This document shows, in pieces, positions 57,165 to 64,000 of a stretch of 64,000 nucleotides of DNA. Each line of letters starts with the position of its first letter. Position 1 is the stretch's first letter. Made by a program: the position numbers and the translations under genes. The notes below the pieces were generated by a model. The model worked only from the letters and a program-made list of their open reading frames with translations. It was not told where the DNA came from and ran no database searches. This DNA comes from Candidatus Tepidifontimicrobium thermophilum (GTDB lineage Bacteria > Sysuimicrobiota > Sysuimicrobiia > Sysuimicrobiales > Sysuimicrobiaceae). The stretch lies in the NCBI GenBank assembly GCA_031459915.1, contig JAVKHO010000004.1, positions 32,001 to 96,000 on the forward strand, read 5' to 3'.

Positions 57165-59063
57165 TCAGTCCACCACCGGTTTTCCGGTTAGCTCCACGGG
57201 TTGCGGGACCAGCGGAGGACGCTTCAGGAGCCTGTGGCGCTGCCACAGGTAGACCAGGACGAACAGCCCGATGCCGGCGAGGTCCGTTCCCAGGGTGGGG
57301 ATGAAGCACAGGACCGTGGCCGCGGCCAGCACCAGCCACTCCAGCAGGTTGGTCCGGACCAGGAAGTACGCTGTGCTCATGATGGAAAACGCCACCGTGC
57401 CCACTACGGAGGAGATGGCGGCCCACAGGTTCTCCTGCCACGTGCCCGTCATGAGGACGTGGGTGTACGCGAACAGGACCGGCATGACGTAGATCATCTT
57501 CGCGAAACGGAAGCTATTCCAGCCGGTCCTCCACGGGTCCGCCTGGGCCAGGGCCGCTGCGGTGTACGCCCCCAGGGCCACGGGCGGGGTGATGTTGGAG
57601 TCCAGACTCAGCCAGAAGATGATCATGTGAGCCGACAGCAACGGGATGCCCATCTGCACCAGGGCGGGTGCCGCCACCACCGCCAGCACGAGGTAGGCGG
57701 CCGTGATGGGCATACCCATTCCCAGCACGAAACTCGCGGCGGCCACCAGCAGCAGCGCCACCGGTAGACTCCCTCCGGACACCTCCAGCACCAGCTGGCT
57801 GAACCGCACCCCGATCCCCGTAAGGGTCACCACGGCCACCACGATCCCGATGGCTCCCGTGGCCGCCGCCACATAGGTGCTGTTGCGGCCCGCGTCCACC
57901 AACGCCTCCCACAGCTCCCGGGGGCCCATGCGGGTCTCCCGCCGCAGCCAGCTGACCGCCACGGTGCTCAGGATGCTGGCGATCACCGCCAGGGACGCGG
58001 ACGTGGTGCGCACGAGAACCGCCACGAGAACCACCACGGGAAGCAGCAGGTACCAGCCCCCCTTCAGCACGTCCCGCAACCGGGGGATCTGCTCCGGCGG
58101 GAGCCCTTCCAGCCCGAGCTTGCGCGCCTCGCAGTACACCATCACCCCCACCCCGAGGAAATAGAGGAGGCCGGGGAGCATGGCGATGGCCGCGATGCGG
58201 GCGTACGGGGTCTGGGTGAGCTCCGCCATGATGAAGGCCCCCGCACCCATGACGGGAGGCAGGATCATCCCGCCCGTGGACGCCGCGGCCTCCACGGCTG
58301 CAGCGATGTGCGGGGGAAACCCACACCGCTTCATCAGGGGGATGGTGAAGGCGCCGGTCGTGGCGGTGTTGGCCACGGGACTGCCGTTGATGGACCCGAA
58401 CAGGGCGCTGCTGACCACCGCGACCTGGGCGGGCCCCCCCCGCATCCGCCCTACCAGGGCTACGGACAGGTCCATGAAGAACTTGGCCACCCCTGCCCGC
58501 ATGAGGAACGCGCCGAAGGCCACGAAGGGCAGGATGTAGGTCCCCAGGATGTCCGGCATGACGCCGAACAGACCCTCCGGGGTCAGGTAGAAGTACTCGA
58601 CCACCCTCCGCAGGCTGAAGCCGCGGTGGCCCACCACCGACGGCAGGTAATTCCCCCACAGGGCATAGGCCACGAGGAGCAGCGCCACCACCGTCATGGA
58701 CGCCCCCAGGACCCGGCGGGTGGTCTCCACCGCCAGGGCTAGGGCTACCACCCCCATGGCCACGTCCACGGCACTGAAGCTGCCCGCACGGTAGGCGAGG
58801 CCCTCGTACTGGACGATCCAGTAACCGGCCACCACGCAGCCCGCCGCAGCCAGCAGCACGTCCGCCCAGCTGGGCCGGTCCGCAGGCGAGCGCCGGGTGC
58901 CCCGGTGGAGGAGGAAGGCGGCTGCGAAGGCGTAGGCCACCGCCACCCCGCGGTGGTACTGAAGGCTGGTGACCCCGAAGGCGGCGGTCCACAGGTAGTA
59001 CACGACCGCGGCCGCCAGCCCCAGCTGGACGAACCGGTCCCAGGGGGGTGTCAGGTTACGCAT
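57165..59063 (-). CDS. TRAP transporter fused 4TM/12TM permease
   Basis: GGPAQ, GSPVAN, ASTGG.ILPPVMG, GMGMP, ITPPV. Confidence 0.93.
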   Translation of the reverse strand: MRNLTPPWDRFVQLGLAAAVVYYLWTAAFGVTSLQYHRGVAVAYAFAAAFLLHRGTRRSPADRPSWADVLLAAAGCVVAGYWIVQYEGLAYRAGSFSAVDVAMGVVALALAVETTRRVLGASMTVVALLLVAYALWGNYLPSVVGHRGFSLRRVVEYFYLTPEGLFGVMPDILGTYILPFVAFGAFLMRAGVAKFFMDLSVALVGRMRGGPAQVAVVSSALFGSINGSPVANTATTGAFTIPLMKRCGFPPHIAAAVEAAASTGGMILPPVMGAGAFIMAELTQTPYARIAAIAMLPGLLYFLGVGVMVYCEARKLGLEGLPPEQIPRLRDVLKGGWYLLLPVVVLVAVLVRTTSASLAVIASILSTVAVSWLRRETRMGPRELWEALVDAGRNSTYVAAATGAIGIVVAVVTLTGIGVRFSQLVLEVSGGSLPVALLLVAAASFVLGMGMPITAAYLVLAVVAAPALVQMGIPLLSAHMIIFWLSLDSNITPPVALGAYTAAALAQADPWRTGWNSFRFAKMIYVMPVLFAYTHVLMTGTWQENLWAAISSVVGTVAFSIMSTAYFLVRTNLLEWLVLAAATVLCFIPTLGTDLAGIGLFVLVYLWQRHRLLKRPPLVPQPVELTGKPVVD

Positions 59064-59069
59064 CCGGGA

Positions 59070-60071
59070 TTAGCGGGCCCGGATGGACTCCGGGATGTCC
59101 AACCCGACCGACCGCCAGTGGGCTTCCGCACCGGGGTGCAGCGGGATGCTCACCCCGAGGAGCGCCCGGCGGCTGGTCATGTCCGCCGAGGCGCCGTGGA
59201 CCTGCAACATGTGCGCGTGGCCCTCTCGGCTGTAGGCGGCGGCCACCAGCCGTCGTACCAGGTCTGCGGGCACGTCCTTGTGGACGAACCACAGACCCGG
59301 CAGCCCGACCGTGGTAACGGAGTCGGTGAGGCCGTTGTAGCCGCGGGCCGGTACCACGTACCGGGTGAAGTACGGGTACTTACGGAAGAAGTCGGTCCGG
59401 GAAAGCGGCCCGTACAGGTCCAGGAGCTGGACTTCCTTGGCGATGGCGGCCTCGATGGTGGCCCGGTCCGGGTAGGGGCCGGTGTAGTAGAAGGCCTCCA
59501 CGCGCCCGTCCCGCAGGGCTCCGGCGGCCGCAGAGCCAAGCAGGGGAACCCGCTGGATGCGGTCCCACAGGCCGAGCTCGCCAAAGATCCGCTGGGCGTT
59601 GCTGAACGTTCCAGAGCCGGGAGAGCCCACGGCCACCCGCTTACCGGCCAGGTCTGCCACCGCGCGGATGCCGCTGTCCCTGTACGTCACCAGGTGCCCC
59701 ACTCCCACGAACAACAGGCCGACGGCCCGGATGTTCCGCTGGGGACTGCCCTGGAAGGCCTCTACCCCGAAGTACCCCTCGTGGACGTCGCTGGCGAAGG
59801 CCACGGCCATCTCCGCGTCCCCGGCGTTCACGCGGCGCACGTTCTCCACGGAGCCGCCGGTGGCCGCCACGCTCACCTCCACCCCGGGCACGTTGCGGGA
59901 CAGGAATGTGGCCAGGCCAGTGGCGAACACGTTGAAGATCCCTGCAGCAGGGCCCCCGAGGATGGTGACCCGGGCCGTGGCGGGCCCGGCGAGGGCCCCA
60001 CCGGACGAGGAGGCCACCAGCATCAGCACACACGTCAAGCCCAGGACCCTGGCCCAGCTCCACCGCCGCAT
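59070..60071 (-). CDS. TAXI-family TRAP solute receptor
   Basis: Signal peptide; TGGSVENV, DLAGKRV..GSGT, PLHPGA. Confidence 0.93.
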   Translation of the reverse strand: MRRWSWARVLGLTCVLMLVASSSGGALAGPATARVTILGGPAAGIFNVFATGLATFLSRNVPGVEVSVAATGGSVENVRRVNAGDAEMAVAFASDVHEGYFGVEAFQGSPQRNIRAVGLLFVGVGHLVTYRDSGIRAVADLAGKRVAVGSPGSGTFSNAQRIFGELGLWDRIQRVPLLGSAAAGALRDGRVEAFYYTGPYPDRATIEAAIAKEVQLLDLYGPLSRTDFFRKYPYFTRYVVPARGYNGLTDSVTTVGLPGLWFVHKDVPADLVRRLVAAAYSREGHAHMLQVHGASADMTSRRALLGVSIPLHPGAEAHWRSVGLDIPESIRAR

Positions 60072-60096
60072 AGGACGTCCCCCCTTCTCCACCGGT

Positions 60097-60120
60097 CGGT
60101 CTGATTGTCAGACAGTCTTA
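60097..60120. promoter_or_regulatory. Candidate FadR-type operator at the head of the catabolic cluster
   Basis: TGTC-A-GACA palindrome (60106-60114) within GGTCTGATTGTCAGACAG. Confidence 0.5.
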
Positions 60121-60165
60121 TTCGCGCATCCTGGGGGAGACTCCTTCCGCGTTGACAGGGAAAGT

Positions 60166-60522
60166 TGGTGGAGGCGGCGGGAATCGAACCCGCGTCCTGA
60201 ACAGGTGAGGGCGAGGCGTCTACGCGCGTAGCCTGCGATTTGCTCTCGCCTGGGGCTCTCCCGCAGGCGGGATAGCCCGAGGCCCAGCTCCTTGGTTCTT
60301 AGCCCGGCCGCCCGGAGCGCGGCGACCGGGAGCAGCCGGCCTGGTCACGCCCCCTCCGGGCTCGCCGGCGGAGCCCAGGGAGACGGCCGCGGGGCTTAGG
60401 CCGCGGCAGCGAGAACAGGCTGGTTGACGCTTATTCGCGTCCGGTAGGTTGTTTTACGAGGATCCTACCAACCTCGGCGCGCAGCCCCGCTGCTTCCTGC
60501 CCAGTCGAGACCGTTCGCCCCC
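60166..60522 (-). ncRNA. ssrA: tmRNA
   Basis: 5' GGGGGCG pairs with 3' CGCCTCC-ACCA; T-arm GCGGG-TTCGATT-CCCGC; internal tag ORF at 60428-60396; lies directly downstream of smpB. Confidence 0.95.
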
Positions 60523-60552
60523 ACGGGAGAAACGGCCCACAGGGCCAGTTTC

Positions 60553-60561
60553 ATTCTATCA
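60553..60561 (-). promoter_or_regulatory. Extended -10 promoter of ssrA, overlapping the smpB stop codon
   Basis: TGA-TAGAAT (TGnTAnnnT) about 30 nt before the tmRNA 5' end. Confidence 0.55.
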
Positions 60562-61035
60562 CGCCCTGGCAGGCCGCCGCCGGCCCGCCAGGGCCCGGGC
60601 GATCTGTCGCTGCGCCTCCCGCTTCCGGATGTCCGCGCGCTTGTCGTACTGCTTCTTGCCCCGCGCCAGGGCCAGCTCCACCTTGGCGAGCCCCCTGCGG
60701 AAGTACACCCGCAGGGGGACCAGGGTGTAGCCACGCTCCTTGACCTTGCCCACCAGCCGCCGGATCTCCGCTCGGTGCAGCAGGAGCTTCCTGGGCCTCA
60801 GGGGGTCGTGGTTGAAGGGGCCCGCCTGCTCGTACGGCGCGATGTGCATGTTGACCAGCCACACCTCCCCGCCCCGCACCTTCGCGTACGCGTCCTGCAA
60901 CGAGGCGCGGCCGGCCCGCAGGCTCTTCACCTCACTGCCCAAAAGCTGCAGCCCGGCCTCGTACGTCTCCTCCAAGTGGTAGTCGTGGCGGGCCCGGCGG
61001 TTGGCGACTACCGTGCGCTCCCCTTCAGCGGGCAT
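60559..61035 (-). CDS. smpB: SsrA-binding protein
   Basis: NRRARHDY, EAG..L.GSEVKS, RKLLLH, GKKQYDKR. Confidence 0.98.
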   Translation of the reverse strand: MPAEGERTVVANRRARHDYHLEETYEAGLQLLGSEVKSLRAGRASLQDAYAKVRGGEVWLVNMHIAPYEQAGPFNHDPLRPRKLLLHRAEIRRLVGKVKERGYTLVPLRVYFRRGLAKVELALARGKKQYDKRADIRKREAQRQIARALAGRRRPARA

Positions 61036-61432
61036 CAGCCACCTCCCGGAGGGAGCCGCGCACGAAAACCCCCAGTCCGCTGCACACCACCTCGCCGTCC
61101 CGGACCAGCTCCGCGCGGGTCGTGATGGTCCGGCTGTCCTCCGAGGCGACCCACGCGCGCACCTGTAGCCGCTCGCCCGGGCGGACGGGCCTGCGGAAGC
61201 GTACCTCCATGCGGGCGGTGAGGGCCTGGTACCCCTGCAGGTAGAACACGTTGCCCATGGCGTCGTCCAGTACCGCCGCCAGGATCCCGCCGTGGACGAT
61301 CCCTTCCCAGCCCACGTGCTCCTCCCTGGGGACGAACTCCGCGGTCACCGCCTCGCCGTCCCGGGTGAAGCGCAGCCGCAGCCCCACGGGGTTGTCCGGG
61401 CCGCACACGAAACAGCGGTTCGCCACCGTCAC
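61025..61432 (-). CDS. PaaI-family hotdog thioesterase
   Basis: CFVCGPDNP.GL, HGG...AVLDD. Confidence 0.88.
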   Translation of the reverse strand: MTVANRCFVCGPDNPVGLRLRFTRDGEAVTAEFVPREEHVGWEGIVHGGILAAVLDDAMGNVFYLQGYQALTARMEVRFRRPVRPGERLQVRAWVASEDSRTITTRAELVRDGEVVCSGLGVFVRGSLREVADAR

Positions 61433-61917
61433 TCGCTTCCCGGTCTGCGGTACTCCCCTGAACGACCGCCCGCCTTGTGCTCCAGCCACACGTCGGTGAT
61501 CACCATGTCCCGGTCTGCGGCCTTGCACATGTCGTACACGCACAGGCAGGCGGAGACCACCGCGCACAGCGCCTCCATCTCCACGCCGGTCCGCGCCACG
61601 GCCCGCACCGTGGCGCGGACCTCTACCGCAGGAGGCTCGTCCCGCAGGTGGAACTCCACGTCCACTCCCGAGAGGGGAATCGGGTGGCAGAGGGGCACCA
61701 GCTCCCAGGTGCGCTTGGCGCCCTGGATCGCTGCCAGCTGGGCGCTAGCCAGCACGTCGCCCTTGGCCACCTGTCCGGCCCGGATGAGAGCCAGGGTCTC
61801 GGGCCGCACGCGGACCTCGCCGCGGGCGGTGGCCACCCGCAGGGTCTCCCCCTTTTCAGACACGTCCACCATGCGGGGGCGGCCCGCTGGGTCCAGGTGG
61901 GTGAGGGGCTCGGTCAC
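61429..61917 (-). CDS. moaC: Cyclic pyranopterin monophosphate synthase
   Basis: MVDVSEK, KGDVL, PLCHP, TGVEMEAL, YDMCKA. Confidence 0.96.
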   Translation of the reverse strand: MTEPLTHLDPAGRPRMVDVSEKGETLRVATARGEVRVRPETLALIRAGQVAKGDVLASAQLAAIQGAKRTWELVPLCHPIPLSGVDVEFHLRDEPPAVEVRATVRAVARTGVEMEALCAVVSACLCVYDMCKAADRDMVITDVWLEHKAGGRSGEYRRPGSE

Positions 61918-62297
61918 CAGTCCTCCCAGTCCCGGAGGGGGGCGTTCCAGTCCGTGGGCCCCGGAGGTTTGATGGACAGGTGGCAACAGGACCGGCCCTT
62001 GTTGGCGCCATGCCAGTGCCAGGTGCCCGCGGGCACCCACACCACCTCGCCCGCTTGCACCACCCGGCGCTCGGTCTCCGTGGCCACCACGCCCTCGCCC
62101 TCCAGGAACACCAGGACCTGGTCGGTGCTGTGCACGTGCGGCCGGGTGCGGGCGCCCTCCTCGAAGAACACCGCCACCACCTCCACGGCCCCCGGTTGGT
62201 CGGTCCGCCGCAGAGCTTGCATCCACACCGGGCCCGCGAAGTCCTGAGGCCGCTCGGGCGCGCCTGCCTTGCCCCTCTCGGGTTTCAGCAGCAGCAT
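61914..62297 (-). CDS. Cupin-domain protein
   Basis: GART.PHVH..DQ, PAG.WHWHGA. Confidence 0.85.
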   Translation of the reverse strand: MLLLKPERGKAGAPERPQDFAGPVWMQALRRTDQPGAVEVVAVFFEEGARTRPHVHSTDQVLVFLEGEGVVATETERRVVQAGEVVWVPAGTWHWHGANKGRSCCHLSIKPPGPTDWNAPLRDWEDW

Positions 62298-62323
62298 GGT
62301 TCCTCCTTAAAAACTTAAGACTC

Positions 62324-63559
62324 TCAGTCGAACAGGCGGACCTGCACCTGGGTGCCGGCCTCGACCCGGGTCCCCATAGGCACCCGCACGTAGCCGTCCG
62401 CGCGGGTCATGGTGGTGATCATCCCCGACTTGCCCAGGACCGGCTCTGCGGCCAGCACGTCCTCCTGCCAGCGCACCCGGACCCGGACGAACTCGTCCCG
62501 GTCCTGCGGGGCAACCAGCGGCGCCACTAGGTTGGCGGGGACTGTGCGGGGCCCGCGCAGCTCCGGCCGCAGCCCCAGCATGGCCTCCAGCACCGGGCGT
62601 ACGAGGAGATCGAACACCACCATGGCGGAGACGGGGTGTCCCGGCAGCCCCACCACCACCCTCCCGTCGCAGAAGGCCAGGATCGTGGGCTTGCCAGGCT
62701 TGATGGCCACTCCGTGCACCACCACCCCGGGGTCGCCCAGCCGGGGCACCACCTCACCGAGGACATCCAGCGTGCCCACAGAGCTACCTCCTGAAGCCAA
62801 CACCACGTCCGCGGTCCGCATGGCGTCCCGCAGGGCAGCCTCCACGGCGCCTGCCTGGTCGGGCAGGATCCCCCCGAATCTGGGGACCGCGCCCAGCCGG
62901 GCGACCTGCGCGGTGAGCGTGTACGCGTTCATATCCCGGATCTGGCCCGGCCGCGGCTGGTGATCCGGGGGTACGAGCTCGTCGCCCGTGGAGAAGACCG
63001 CCACTCTGGGCGGCAGGTAACAGGGGACGTCCACCACCCCCAGACCCGCCAGCAGGCCCAGCTCCTGCGGGCGCAGGCGCGTGCCCCGGGGGATGACCAC
63101 CTCCCCCCGGCGGGCGTCCTCGCCCTGGTGCAACACGTTCTCGCCCGGAGGCACCGGACGGAGGACGTAAACGGACTCGCCGTCGACGCGCGTGTGCTCC
63201 TGCATGACCACGGCGTCGGCCCCCGCGGGCACCATGCCGCCCGTGGGAACCCGGGCGCACTGGCCGGGTTCTACCCGCACTTCCGTGCGCTCCCCCATGC
63301 GCACCGCTCCCACCAGCTGCAGGCCCACGGGGTCGCGCGGGGATGCGTGCAGCAGGTCCTGCGACCGGACCGCGTAGCCGTCCACGGTCGACCGGTGGAA
63401 GGGCGGCAGGTCCTCCCCGGCCCGGACGTCCGCCGAGCAGACCCGGTCCAGGGCCCGCTCGAGGGGGGCTACCTCCTCCCCCCGTGGCCGTGGCCGCACC
63501 ACGCTGAGGTAGCGGTCCAGGGCCTCCTCCAGCGTGAGGATCTCCCCGAACGCCTTCAC
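62324..63559 (-). CDS. moeA: Molybdopterin molybdotransferase
   Basis: STVDGYA, GADAVVM.E, STGDEL, SGGSSVG, KPGKP, LPGHP. Confidence 0.96.
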   Translation of the reverse strand: MKAFGEILTLEEALDRYLSVVRPRPRGEEVAPLERALDRVCSADVRAGEDLPPFHRSTVDGYAVRSQDLLHASPRDPVGLQLVGAVRMGERTEVRVEPGQCARVPTGGMVPAGADAVVMQEHTRVDGESVYVLRPVPPGENVLHQGEDARRGEVVIPRGTRLRPQELGLLAGLGVVDVPCYLPPRVAVFSTGDELVPPDHQPRPGQIRDMNAYTLTAQVARLGAVPRFGGILPDQAGAVEAALRDAMRTADVVLASGGSSVGTLDVLGEVVPRLGDPGVVVHGVAIKPGKPTILAFCDGRVVVGLPGHPVSAMVVFDLLVRPVLEAMLGLRPELRGPRTVPANLVAPLVAPQDRDEFVRVRVRWQEDVLAAEPVLGKSGMITTMTRADGYVRVPMGTRVEAGTQVQVRLFD

Positions 63560-63598
63560 CCCGACCCCCGCGCTCCTGGCTTCCCGGCAACCCCCGCA

Positions 63599-63946
63599 CT
63601 AGGGGGACGGAGAGGGCGAGGGGAGCAGCTCAATGGGAACCAGGCGCGAGGGCTCCCCCCGGCGCTGTACGATCTCCCACTTCCTGCCGTCGTAGCGGAC
63701 CTTGTCCCCGACCTTCACGTCCTGGTAGAAGGGGTAAGGCACGTAGTACGGGGCCCGGTCCACCACGATCACGTACAGGGTCCCGGCCTCGCTCTCGATG
63801 TACTTGTCCTCCACCCAGCCCAGCACCACCCGGCTCTGAGACTCACAGGAGGGGATGAGGTCGGCGAACACCACGAGCAGCAGCGACGCTACCACCGCCA
63901 AGCCTTTCAAGGTTACCACCTCCAGGTGTCGGACGCCTTCCATCAT
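63599..63946 (-). CDS. Hypothetical small membrane/secreted protein
   Basis: Hydrophobic N-terminus followed by a beta-rich V.DK...Y..VKVGDKV segment. Confidence 0.5.
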   Translation of the reverse strand: MMEGVRHLEVVTLKGLAVVASLLLVVFADLIPSCESQSRVVLGWVEDKYIESEAGTLYVIVVDRAPYYVPYPFYQDVKVGDKVRYDGRKWEIVQRRGEPSRLVPIELLPSPSPSP

Positions 63947-64000
63947 AGGGTCCGCAGGCCGTGGGCGTCCATCTCACCTGTGCTATGCTGCCCGTAGACC

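Noticed and set aside
39323..60200. Catabolic cluster as a mobile island integrated at the ssrA 3' end
   Set aside because: ssrA is a known integration hotspot, but I see no integrase, no duplicated ssrA 3' end and no obvious composition shift in the window.
61429..63559. moaC/moeA as part of the Mo-hydroxylase cluster
   Set aside because: They lie on the other side of smpB-ssrA in a housekeeping context, about 20 kb from the large-subunit gene.
1..64000. CRISPR arrays, IS elements, prophage or defence systems
   Set aside because: I recognised no regularly spaced repeats, transposases, phage genes or defence domains; a by-eye search could miss short or degenerate elements.

Overview
GC-rich bacterial chromosomal window (roughly 70% GC by eye) with about 60 genes, nearly all on the minus strand, plus tRNA-Pro(TGG) and tmRNA. 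From left to right: (1) 1-17 kb, a two-regulator catabolic region (GntR, CtBP-type dehydrogenase, DRE-TIM lyase, a LIV-type ABC transporter, and a LacI operon with creatininase, class II aldolase, Tm-1-like protein, Zn-ADH, TIM epimerase and TAXI-TRAP). (2) 17.6-22.7 kb, a GntR(UTRA)/TIGR00725/ABC importer operon next to tRNA-Pro. (3) 23-31 kb, housekeeping and stress genes (DUF885, rdgB, rph, MBL hydrolase, cell-wall amidase, Dps-like ferritin, PerR/Fur). (4) A secreted protein with a copper-amine-oxidase-like motif order but no canonical copper ligands. (5) lutABC followed by prpD, prpB and prpC. (6) 39.3-60.1 kb, a long uncharacterised catabolic cluster directly downstream of ssrA (TAXI-TRAP, FadR, two beta-hydroxyacid dehydrogenases, E1/E2, two non-canonical M24 hydrolases, cupins, hydratase, nitrilase, ALDH, amidohydrolase, alpha/beta hydrolase, a truncated ABC ATPase and an orphan CoxL-like subunit). 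(7) smpB, a thioesterase, moaC and moeA. The strongest finding is inside cluster 6: an AhpD-like gene that the ORF track splits in two is one reading frame with an in-frame UGA completing a CxxU motif, followed by a SECIS-like hairpin, so it is probably a selenoprotein in an unknown catabolic pathway. All family assignments come from motif recognition by eye; no searches were run.
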